DNA of 64,000 nucleotides from Oculina patagonica (Eukaryota): NCBI RefSeq assembly GCF_052425735.1, contig NC_135759.1, positions 29,512,001 to 29,576,000 of the forward strand, read 5' to 3'. Shown piece by piece: positions 1 to 12,400 of this stretch (position 1 is its first letter; each line of letters starts with the position of its first letter). The notes under the pieces were generated by a model. It saw only the letters and a program-made list of their open reading frames with translations, ran no database searches and was not told where the DNA came from. The position numbers and the translations under genes were made by a program.

Positions 1-972
1 GTTTAGCCATTGATAACTTTATCGATCACATAATGCCTGTCTACAGCTGATACTTTTTTTGTACATTGGCACGAATCGCCTTGAATAAATGAATGAACGA
101 AGGAAGGAAGGAAGGAACGAAGCATATAATTATAAAATAATGAATAAAAACAATTTAAACTTTTGATGTATTACGAAATGATCGAGTTCAAGTTTCATAA
201 CTGAGTTATTTTTATTTAGTGCATGGTTTTGAGAAAAACAACAGACATTCACTTTTGCTTTGGTTAACTAAAACAACCTCAAAATTTCTACTTACTAAGC
301 AATTTGGCTTGCTAGACCTTGATATGCTAGTTTTCTATAATTCATTCGATTTGGGTATGTGCCATTCAATTTCCTTGATTATGGAAAGCTCTAATCCGTA
401 AACTCTTGAATGTAAGATAATGTAGAAATAATCAGTGTATTAACTTCAGAGTAAAAGCCACGGATCGTGTTAGAAACATTAATATTATTACATTATTTTA
501 CCTGATATTTGAATTTCTTCTGTGCTGATGGAGTTTTAAACTGATCGATTTTCTTGATAGCCCTTCTAAAAAAAATAGAAAACGTGAAATTTCGTTGACA
601 TCATGGGCAGCACAAATAATTTATAACCAATATACTGACAGAAAAAGATAACAAGAAAACAGTTTTTATATAAACAACTTATAATTATGCCTTTGTTTCA
701 TTCTTTTTTGACCTTCACCTACTGAAGAATACAAATTCGCCTAAAGAAAATTAGAATAACAATGGAACTGGCTACCTTTAAGAATAAACAAACAAACATT
801 TCGATTTTATCCAGCTGTGCCTTTCATTAAGAGGCGAACACTGAAGTCAAAACTGGACCAACGATGGCGCTTTTCGTGGGCGTCAATAAAATCTTTGGCG
901 ACTTTCAAAGTTTGGAGAATGTCTTGCAACCGCTAAAGTAACAATGCGAACGAATAGAATATTTTTCTTTGA

Positions 973-1785
973 GTGATCTTAACTAGTGCAGATTGGACAA
1001 TGTCACAGGAAAGGTACTCTTAACATCTTTGAAACTAAGCTTCGGTTTTAGATCCTTTCCACTAGAGACACGTAAGATAAGAGAGAGGACAAAACCAATT
1101 TACAGATAATTTACAGATTTCTACAGTTTATGCCATCAACAAATTTTACTTATGCCAAGGCTTTTATTTAGCCAGTCGATGCTATCAACCATGATGCTAT
1201 ATTACATAACGTAACTGATAATAGCTGATTCATGATTGTATAATACTTTTTGTTCCACGCGTTTCGTGCACAAATGAACTGACTCCAAGGAATGTTGTTG
1301 TACATGGTGTATAAGGCAACTTTTATTGTCCGACAACACAAACGTAGCCTTTTAATGTCGTTAGTAGTTTTAAATGCATGCCCAAATCAAATTCCTCAAT
1401 AAAGTGCCTGAAAAATACAATGTGGCTACGCAAAATTTGATAATTGCTAGTTAAGGTTATTTGACGCCACACAGTCTGGCGTGCCCCACACTATACAAAC
1501 ACTATTACAAACTGAAATTGAAGTTTTAAATTCGTCACAAATGCTTTTCTTGTATTTAATCTATTTTTCGCGAGACGCCCGAGATTTGATTGACGGCAGC
1601 GAGTGATTTTAACAAGTGCAGATTGGAAAATGTCACAGAAAAGGTACTCTTGACATCTTTGAAAGCTAAGGGTCGGTTTTAGACCTTCTTTACTAAGCGA
1701 CACTTAAGCTAAGAGGGATGAAAGAAAACAATTTACAGATAATGTAAATATTTCTATGGCTTATGCCATCAGCAAATTTTACATA
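973..1785 (+). repeat. Diverged direct repeat, two ~185-bp copies (973-1155 and 1602-1785)
   Basis: agtgat..taac.agtgcagattgga.aatgtcacag.aaaggtactctt.acatctttgaaa...cggttttaga...aatttacagataat...ttatgccatca.caaatttta is present twice. Confidence 0.75.
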
Positions 1786-3065
1786 ACTTAACTGATGACG
1801 GCAGCGACACACACGAAACGTAAATTGTTTTATTAGAAATTCTGATAAAACAAATGGTTGACTCCGTCGCACTTTGATTGTTTCAGTGGATGTAACAGAC
1901 AAAGCCGAACGTTATGCCGCACGTATATAGTTTGTTTAAAGTATCCGATCTTCGGGCAACGGCTACCGCTTAAAAATAATGACAAATTGATAGTGATTGC
2001 AAGAGAAAACGAAACAAGGGATGGATTAGCTTGTTCTACGTTGAAAATACTCGTAATCTGATCTAACGTAATCCAAAAAACGCAATCGGACGCTAATATT
2101 TATCTTACCTTTCATACTTTCATTTTTCCTCGTATTTGAGCAATTTCAGTGTAAAAAATTATCAGTAATAAACACTGTTTTCGCCTTACGAACGCGTTCA
2201 AAAGACTTGTTAAGAGTAAACTTGTGAAAAGATTTTTGCACTTCAGTGTCATGGCCGCAGAGAGAATTCCCTACAAACAATAGACCATGCATTTAAAAAC
2301 AGAAATAATTGATGAGGGAAATTGATTCCTGAAAACGTTTTTAAGTTGTGTTCTTCAGACCAGTGTTAAAGTGTATTCCTTGGTTTCCATTTACTGAGGT
2401 AATGCTAAAGCGATTGATAACGAATGATAAAGAAAAAGGAACAAACAGAAGGCGGAGTTAATAACGTATCTGACTGATTTTATTGTCATTACACAGCCTA
2501 GTTTAGGAGCGTAATTAAAGTTTGGACAGCCCTGATTGTATTGGTTCTCCAAGTTTAAAATCTTGAATCTGCTGTAAACAACTTTGTGCCTTATAGAGGC
2601 TATAATTTTATGGGAAAAAAAGATAAGACGTTAGATACAGTGACCATTTGGATCTTATTTGCTTAACTGAAAAAAGTCGCCATGTTTTTAACACAAAAAA
2701 TAATCAACATAATCTTGGTAATGATTTCTCTTGTCAAGATACATTTACTTCTGTGGCTGATCATAAGCATCCAAAAATGCAATCTTTAATTCAATGTTTT
2801 TCTCTTTTGCATTCGATCGGGTACAGATTAATTTTTTTTATCCTAGAGATAAATTATCATACAGACTTCTAGCTTCACTTGTTCTGCTGAAAAAAGATAT
2901 CTAGATACATGTAAAAAGTCTATCACTTCTCTTAATACCAAAAGTTCACTATATCAGGCTTGTTTGTAACATCCATCTCAAATCTAAAGTGCCAGGAATA
3001 TATAGGGAGAAGCCGGAATTGTTTTATTTCACTTATATCTAAAACAAACTGACTTCAAACAGATT

Positions 3066-4877
3066 CTAAATTAAATTCTTGACTTCAACCGCACTTGCCA
3101 CGCACGGAACAAGACGAATCTGGAGGGAATCTTCAACTCGCTTGTCTCCATCATCAAACAACACGTAGTACACAGCTTTCTGATAGCAGTTGGTGATGCC
3201 AGAATTCCTCTTGTATGTGACCACACCAGGGTAATACCTGGTTCTTCTCGGCCAATAACCAATTATACGCTGGCCAGCCTGGACTTCACTGTAACAAGGC
3301 GGCTTGTCGAGTATCACTGCCGCTGGATCAATCCTACGTAGAGTAATAGTGTCGCCATCGTCATAATTGATGAAGACCGTCGTGGAAGTGGCACTTGTAA
3401 CGAATCCGCGGTAGTAAAGCCCGTTTGTCCAGCGGGCAAATACTCTAGCACCCACTGAAAATGAACAATCAGGACATCAGTTGACTCTGGTCGATACAAA
3501 TGGCTATCAAGATATGTTTGAGCGATGTATTTATTAGTCACTGAATGTCCTGAATGGCACACAGTAAAAGAGAAGGATTTTTGGCTATGATTTTCTAAAA
3601 GCAATGAAAACATTAATCGCTAAATTTTCTTTAGAACGGTTTAGCATACTTGCGGAATTTCTGAATATAGTTGTTTTTTACAGATACATGTAAACATGAA
3701 GTGATGTATTATATATTGGTTGTATCTTGGAACAGACACGGGTTTTTTACTGACCTTCATGAGCGGACCAATGATCAGGAAAAGTCCTTAGCTGACTGAT
3801 AGCGTAGTAATCTTGGTCGTTGTCATCAAAGGTGACCTTGAAACGGTTGTCCGAATATCTATCAGACACATAACCGATGAAGTATTTTTGACCTCCTTTC
3901 CACGTAGCCAAGACGTGGTGTCCAATCTCCATTTCATGGGGCACATTATCGGGAATTACTGCTGAAATGTCCGAGATACTGTGGGTGATCGTGTCGTTGT
4001 CATCAAACAAGACACTCACCAGAGCATCTTCAATTGATGACACTTTTCCAGGGTAATAAAGGTTGTTCGTCCAACGAGCAATGATCCGATCATCAACTGT
4101 AAACAAAATGATGATAAGAATTACAACACAACTGATAACATAAACGTAAAGAGACCCAGAATAGTTTACTCAGTGAAGCCAGACTGATTTTGCTCAGGCG
4201 GGGAAGTGGGGAAGATTTGGCGCGATGAAGGACATTGTTGAGTGCCAACGTTGTCACGCCCGCTGTATTTTATTATTTCATTTCTCCTTGAAGATATTCG
4301 TATTAATAGCTTCATTTGGATTACTTCCAACAAGTGATTTATCAACCTCTTCTTCACGTTCCCTGAATTTGTTCACGTAAACATCAGTGACTTGAAAGTG
4401 ACATGCCAAGCACTACAACATTCGAATCCACTGACTGGGGAAAAGACTGCTATATATCATCAATATGCGAACTCCATCAGTCACCAGAACGCTTTAATCA
4501 ATCAAACTTACATAATCTTGTACGTCAGATAGCTGCGATGAACTCGGTAATTCGAGGCCGTTATTCTTGTCGATTCGTTCCATTACAAAACTGTTAAATT
4601 ATCTTTGCAGATTTCCCGCAACTTTCTCACGAAGGAAATTACAAAGCCGCGGCTAAGAGGCCTTTTTTCTTTCACATATTAGCAATGGCAATAGGAATCC
4701 ACTTCTCTAAAATTTGTTTTGTTAGTTTGTCTTTTGTCGTGTCAATAAACGGACAAAACTATTCTTTTTTCCACAACATATGAATGCAATTCCCGAACCA
4801 ATGCACTTACCATGAAACGGGTTTGAAAGGGCAGAGACGCTGAAAATAAAGCAGAGGACCAGCAAACCCTGCTTCAT
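3066..4877 (-). CDS. Secreted protein with four tandem Tudor-like (DUF4537/Agenet-like) domains; 3 coding exons, ~265 aa
   Basis: Exons 4877-4811 (MKQGLLVLCFIFSVSALSNPFH, signal-peptide-like), 4096-3755 and 3454-3066. All introns are GT-AG phase 1 and splice in frame (798 nt). Four repeats of (G/D)xx(V/I)xAxW...Y(Y/F)xGxV...VxFDDGD, the Tudor-fold signature. Confidence 0.85.
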
Positions 4878-4951
4878 GATTGCGAAGACTGCGAACGTTG
4901 AGTGTCTTCAAGGAACAGACGCCAGTTTACTAATATTTATTTCATAATTCA

Positions 4952-4975
4952 TCAGAGCATAATCCATACGGGAAA
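4952..4975 (-). promoter_or_regulatory. Upstream motif shared with 21282-21305
   Basis: tcagagcataatccatacgggaaa versus tcagggcagaatccatgcgggaaa (21/24 identical); each lies ~75-110 nt upstream of the ATG of a secreted-protein gene. Confidence 0.6.
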
Positions 4976-5530
4976 TTGAGTGTCAAATTGCATGGTGGAA
5001 TTGTGCCAAACGTGGGACGTGATCTACTGATCCAGTTTCTATCGATATCCAGAAGTTCGAAGATTTCCTTTCATGCGTAATACCAAACAAAGGAGACTGT
5101 TTGGTTAGAACTTTGAGTAAAATGTGAAAAACTATCAGATGCGAATAGAAACTACAACATTAAAACAGAAGGGCAAGGGTTAAAAAGTGACAAACTGTAA
5201 ATATAATGGAATGAAACGGTCTAAATATGTCTAAATACCTGAGCTGCACACATGGAAAGCGTTTCCTTAGCATATTCAAAGCATTTTCAATTGAATATCC
5301 TTTCAAAACACATTTCTGCCAAAGAAGAATATTCTCTTTTTAGTGTATTTCAAAGGAGTTGCATGGAATTAGCCCCGGGAACTAGCCTACGCCTGAAATA
5401 ATAATAATAATACCTAACGGTTTTGAAAGGGTAGAAACAAGTATTGAAAACAAAGATAAGACCAACTAACATTGCTTCATTGTTGCAAAAAGTTGCGTAT
5501 GCATCAGAGCATGATTCATAAAGGAAACCG

Positions 5531-5595
5531 GGTGTAATAGAGCCTCCCACACGATCGCCCCTAAGAACGACTACGTGGGAGGCTAGGTGTAATAG
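5531..5595. mobile_element. Collapsed 45-bp hairpin MITE with flanking direct repeat
   Basis: agcctcccac...gtgggaggcta inverted ends (5541-5585), flanked on both sides by ggtgtaatag (5531-5540 and 5586-5595). Confidence 0.6.
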
Positions 5596-5828
5596 TGCAC
5601 AGTGGAAATGCGCCAAACGCGTTATAATGCGTTATGCACAAATTGAGTGACTAATGTAATGCAAGACGAAAAACCGACTATTTTGCTTATCTGAGTAAAG
5701 TGCGAAAGCTTGTCAGATGTGAATTGAACCACAAAATTAAGTCAGCAGGGCAAGGATGACATTAATTTATGACTGTGGATTCCGTATCACGTGAAAAAAT
5801 GGGTTTCACTCACGCGCTGTTTAACATC

Positions 5829-5900
5829 GGGCCTTGTACATGGTAGAGCAGGAGACTAGTAGCCCGAAGGTTGTGGATTCCAACGCTACCTGAGCCACTG
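5829..5900 (+). repeat. tRNA-like SINE head (degenerate)
   Basis: A-box-like tggtagagc and B-box-like ggattccaacgc at tRNA-like spacing; no intact cloverleaf or acceptor stem. Confidence 0.35.
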
Positions 5901-6459
5901 AATGGCCAGGATTTATACGGTGCCTCATCTTTTATTTTAATTTGTTTCATGACAATAGTAACTACAGTAGCAGATACAATTTTATGGTCCGTTAGGCGAT
6001 ATTTTTATATAACTGTAACTATAAGGTATTAAGATTGATGTCAAAATAGTAGAGGATTTTTCCCTTGCCTTTGCTCACAGACACATCGATTGCCACTATC
6101 ATTATCCATTGCTTACTTTTACTTTTGCTTTGGGAGTCATAGTTGACTACGTTTTTGTTGGTAATCGCCTAGCCAAGAGGGTTTTTCTCCGGCTTCGCCA
6201 GTTTTTCTTCCACTTCAAAGAACTAAACTTTTAAATTACAATTTAACGTAAGACTAATGTGGTCGTGTTTTTTTTTTTCATTTAGAAAACAAACTAGTAC
6301 TTGTTTCAAGAAAGTGCGAAAACCACCCTAAAGAAACAAGTGACGAAAAAACACAGTTTGTAACACTCAGTCTGAGTCAGCTAGAATATAAGGACCCGAT
6401 GACAGTCATGACAAGTGTTGTAGCCTCGAAATAACATGGCATGTACATTAAATTCTTTG

Positions 6460-9400
6460 TTATTCTTCGTCCACCTGCCTGGTCTCTATAATGGCTTTGG
6501 CAACTACTTTATAATTCTTCCTCGACATTTCACCAAGTTTATCTAAGTCCTCCTTTATCTTCTTTACCAGTTCAGAGCAAGCGAGCTCTTGCTTGTGTCG
6601 TTCAGTATCCAGTTTACGTAGTACGTCTTCGACTTCTTTTTCAGCAGTTAAACCTGTAAGCTTTGAGAATTCTGTTTGTGAATCATAAAATAAATCTTCA
6701 AAGTTTCTTAAGTTGGCTGAGATATTATCTCTCAGTCTACGAAACTGAACCGTAACGTCGTTTAGTTCTTGATGAATGGCCACCACCCTGCCATTACTTG
6801 CAGCAGCAGCGTATGACTGCTTGCTTGTTGTGTCATTCCTTGTGGTGTCTTCGGTTAACACGTTAGTTTGCCCGAGACCCTCCACTCCCTGACTGCCAGA
6901 TGAAGTCATCTAACAGAAAAACGAAACAAACTCAAGTCAAAGTACAATTAACTGATGGTAGAATACTTTTGATTAAAAAAATAAAATCTAAGCATATGAA
7001 ATTGTGGGCTAAGGAATTAACTTTTCTAAGGAGAAACGAAAACAGTGATATGGGAAGAATATTATGTGACTTTTTAGATGAGTACTAATGGATAAGTAAC
7101 TTTTTAAATTGTACTTGGATTCGGATCAAGACAATGTCGTGACGTGAAGTCAACAAGAAGAAACATTGGGCACATCGCTGATTCAAAATACTTTATGGAA
7201 ACTGAGATTGTAAAAACTGAGATCAGACTGGCCTTAAGTAGCCTTCTGCAAAAAGGAACATGTTGTTTTTCCCAGCAGATACACATCGGACAAGTTCTTA
7301 CCTTGGCTAGCACTTGAACCCCGTCTTGACCCATGCCTATGTAAGGGTAAAGTTGTTTCGTCGTTTTGTTATACTCTATCAGCACCTCTTCTTTTGTGAC
7401 CTGTTGTCCATTTAAACAAAACACAACTGGGACCTTGCCGTCTGATTCCAATTCAAACTTGGGAATGCAACCAATGAGATCACCTCGGTTTACCACAGGA
7501 ACTAAAGAAAAACAAAGCTTGGCAAGACATTAAAAATATCACAAAAACTAAGGACAAGTGTACCTTTGAGAAAACCTTAAGAGAACTACCAACGTTATTG
7601 GTTTGGGATTTTATGCATCATCTATGCGTCGCTGACGTTTAGTCTGTGTGTTGGGCTCACCCTTGGTGTAAAAACCTGTGGAACTTATCAGTGACGTGGA
7701 ACAAAGAACGAACAAGACAACAAAAAAACTCAAAACAATATAGACCAGGAAAACAATAGCTCCAAAATATAGAAAAAATTCACAAATTTTTTTAACGAGG
7801 TAAACCCGTTTGTTGTGGAATATCGGCATAGAAGACTTGTTGATACAAACTGAGTTTTATTTAACCGAATGCCGTTGGTTAGCTTATTGATAATCCTGGG
7901 TGTTAATTGACATTTATCAATTAAACAGTGGACGTTCGATTGTTGGCGCAATAAAAGCGAGGAAGACTGAGGGAAGCTCTATACGCAGTATCCTTAAACT
8001 CCGGCGACGTGACAAAGCAGTTCCCTATCTTGACTTGCAAAACAGTAACTTACCATCAATTACTCTTTCTGAAGTAAGGTCTTCTCTACCACTATCGACA
8101 ATGTTACCATCAGCATGGTAACCTACACTGCCAGTAAGGAATCCCGGCCTTAAATGAGAATCGTACTCCTTTCGCACCACGCCGACTTCGAGAAGCCTGC
8201 TCCTACCAGTTTCTAGAACTAGAACCTATAGGAGTAATGAATCCACAAGCCAAGTTCAATGGCGTGCAATTCGAACACCCTCGATTCATTGTGTTAAATT
8301 ATAAAGCAGCGCACGAAACATCAGTGCTTAATTAAGCAAGGGCGGCAAAGCCATTTCTTTCAACTCTCAATAAAAACTAGTAATATTTATTTAACAAATT
8401 TCGAAAGAGAAAGGCATAGACATAAGGCTTGAAATTAGAAGTATTCAAATAAGCAATACACTATCCAAAGCAACACAAAGTTGTCATAATACCACCAGCC
8501 TTCTACTCAACAAATGGAAGACAGAAAGAATGATACGAAACAAGTATTTGCTTTTTCTTTAGGGAAGACAAGAATGTAGTAAGACGTTTTACAACATCAA
8601 GCAAAAATTGACCTACAATGCAAGTGCGTTTATATTTTGATCGGGCGAGCGACATCTTGGTTTCGAACTCGGGAGAGGCTTTGGGAGAGATTTGAAAAGA
8701 GTTCTTGGGACTAGGAGGTTGATTGAAGAGTGAGTGTGAAGGAGGATGAGATTTCTTTCCCCTACCGCGTCCCGCCCCTACCTGGCATCGTGCTCTGGTT
8801 CCACCCTCTAAGTTTGCGACTCTAAGGCAAGTACGTTCGGAAGAAAAGTATCCAACACTCGCTGTTAAAAAACGCCTGGACTGCAGGCTAGAACAAGACA
8901 GACTAACAATGATTCCTTTCGTACCTCAAAATGCGGAAATTCCTTAGAGAACGGAATTATATATTTGGCACCATGATGCAAAAGTGATGTTGTTGATTGT
9001 GGAGAACTAGTACAAACTTTACACGAATTGGCTCCATCGTAGATGAGAAGACAGCCCTTCACCTTTAAACCCATGCTATGCCACGCCTGAAATGGATATA
9101 AGAGAAAATTACAAAACAGGCAAGGCCAAAGCATGTTTCTTGATACAATTTAGTTTTTCATGACAATGAACGAACCCAGTGATACAGTACCTTTTGACCT
9201 GTTGGAAGAATGTCTTGGTGAGCCAGAAAGGCTCGCTGCGCAAGTTGATTGGCAATTTGTCGATTACCCTCGGCCTCTACAAACAGCTGGTCCATCTTCC
9301 CCTCCTCTGTACAAAGGAGAGAAAAAGAAAAAAAAAGCTTATTTTACTAAAAGGTACTGGAAGGAGAGGAAAGAAACTCAGTTCTACTGTTACATGTATG

Positions 9401-12400
9401 TATAAAAACGCCGATTATAAGTTCTTGCTATGTACCAAAACGTAAATAGGATGCTATACTTGAACTGCCAAAAACAAATTTTTGGAGGAAGATTTAATTC
9501 AAATTTTCAACGTATTCATACTTTTCATGTTGTGTTTTCTTGATCAGGGACAGGTGGATACGTACTAATTGGTAAATAAGCCATAGCTCTTCCAACTCTA
9601 TTTTCTTTTGCGAAATTCAGTTGACGCTTTGCCATAAGATGGACAGAGTAGCCTCATCACATATGAGATTCTCACCAAGTCCAGAGAAACACGGCCAACT
9701 GAGAACGACATCCTAGAGCTTGTACTTACCTGTAAGTGGAAACGAATAGCCATATGTTGCGAAATAACTGTTTTGAAGCTTTTCAACAACTTCATCCAGC
9801 TCTTTAGTCTGCAAAGATTAAGACGAGTTCTGAAAGCAGGTCTTGACCCAGGCAATCAAGCAATTACTAGTTTCGAAGCTTCTTTCCCATATAAATAAAG
9901 TTCGCGGTCACCTGAAACCTGAAATTCTAAACACTAACAAGCTTGAACGAAAATACCCCACCCCCCTTCTCTCCACGGGTAGAAAGGAACTAAGAAGAAA
10001 CCCTACATAACACAGTTGTAGAACAAAATGAAAACATTTTACTTTGCATAAAGTACAACAGAAAAGCATCAAGAAAAAGGACCCCGGAAAGCCATAAAGG
10101 GATAAAGACCAGATGGCATGCAAACAATTATACTGCAAAGGACAGCCAAAAAGTGGCCCATACTGCCGGAGCTTATCCCGGTTTTGATATCATTAAGCAG
10201 CTCCCCCCCCCCCCCCACGGAATATTTCTATCGCAGGGTCCCCCCCAGCATGATTTCGCCGGTACCCATTTATACCCTGGATGGAGAGATGCACTTTGAG
10301 AGTGTCTTGCCAAGAACACAATACAGTGACCCCGGTCAGGGCTCGAACCCGGAACGTCCGCTCCGGAGTCCGGCGCGCTAACCATTAGGCCGCTGCGCCT
10401 CCTTAACTATACTGCAAAAGATACAGATTTTCAAAGCGATTCGATTGCAAGATACACAGGTCACAACCACTAGGCCAGCTTAAAACTTACGTGTCGTGAG
10501 GCAGTTTGACTCTGGACATCTGGTCGTCCTTTGCAGCGCCTTCTACATTTCTTCCACAACCACCAAATCCCCAAAACAAGACTTGACACAAGGTTGAGCG
10601 GAACAGGTACTGGGTCGTATGAGCTGTATGTCTGGATTGTGATGGCCTTCTTGAATGTCCATTCCATTAAGAATTGTCCTTAAAGTAGCAAGGAACCATG
10701 ACAGTTAATTAAAATTTAATTTTTTTCAAAGATCGCAAGGTTGTATGGAAATCTTGAAAATACTGCGGATGACACGTTAGCACCATAAAACATGGACAGA
10801 AAAAAATAATTTGATATTTGAACATGCAAACTGCTAATAAAAGTCACTCCCCCCCCCCCCCCCCAATTTCTTTTTTCAGAAAAAACTACGGGTTCCGCCC
10901 AGTTTAATATCAAGTATAATTCATCCGACAGAATTGGTCAGGAAAAGACGGAATAAAAACTTAAAACTCGCAGTCTGCAGTCTGAGCTCGACTCATCACA
11001 ATGCTTTGATTAGAGTAGGCGGTCTTATGACCAGTATAGCTTTGTAATTCTTTAAGAACATTTTAGACACTTCTGAACACGTTATATAGTTAACTGGAAT
11101 GATAAACCACCGTATATGGTTAAAAATGCCAACTTTCTGGAGGGAGACCAATCGCCTATTTACAATTATATTGTTTACCAAAGAGTTGAACTCGGAACTT
11201 CCAAGAACAAATCCAGCTAGAGGCGAGGTGGAGGGGCCTGTATCAGGGACCTCCAGATTACAAAACCAGCGCATTAAACTACTCAGTACATATACGCTGC
11301 CTCTAAAATTAGGACTTAAGCAAAAACAGGAACTAAAGGATCTTACTTCCACACGCTGATAAGTGTTGGATAAAAGAGCAATCATCATGTTTATAAGAAG
11401 GATGGCACCAACGACTAGGAAAACGGCATACAACAAATTAGCGAGCGTTACTGTTGCACTGTCAACTGAGTCCAGCGTTTCCAGTTCCGCTATTCCAAGT
11501 AAAGACCAACAGAGGTGTTTAACCATCGTCCACCAGCTGAAAGGAGAAACCAAATGACGGACCGTGAACACAGTTTCATGGTAGAATAATTTCTTTAATG
11601 TTTGAGTGATATCGCTATGAAAAAGAACTATCAGATACAATAACGATGGTTTAACAACGATACGACGATAATAGTATAACCGAAAAGTAGACGTTATAAC
11701 AAAGATAGAATACCAATTATTGCCTGGCTTACCACGTTGGTCCAGAAGTACTACAGACCCTACAAAAATAAAGAACTGAAATAAATAAATAAAAAATAGT
11801 TCACAAATTTACTTTGCCACACCAATTCGTTTGCATTTTTATCAAATTTACACAAACTTTAAGTTTCAATAGCGTGTTCAGAATTTGCCAGACGGCAAGA
11901 AAGCAGAACAGTTTAACTATGTGCTTTCTATTCCCAATTTTGTACTCCATACAACCACGTGCTAGATTGTTCTTAATGAACGGCAAACAAACTGGCATGA
12001 AGGTGAATTGACGCTTAATAATAGGAAAGTGCTACAATTATACAACGCTAAGCTGAATACGGATAATATACTTTAGAAGCACAATTTACCGCCGTTTAAT
12101 GCCCATTGTTTAAATTTTACTCCATTAATTTATTTTGCGAAAGATCTGGAATCTTGGATACTTTCACTTCGGAGCATTTCCCATTACAAATTTGAGCGCC
12201 ATTTCCCCATTATGCCTAATCCACGTGCTATTACTTCCCAGTGTCCAGTTACTTTACTAATTCGTATCAATATGTTATTTAACACTTTAAGGACAACATA
12301 CAGGGAATTAACAGAGGCTACTTACGGGTAAATATCATGTTCCTCCGTTATAAAGGACTTTTCCGACATATACACTTTTGTGATGGCAAACGAGAAAGCG

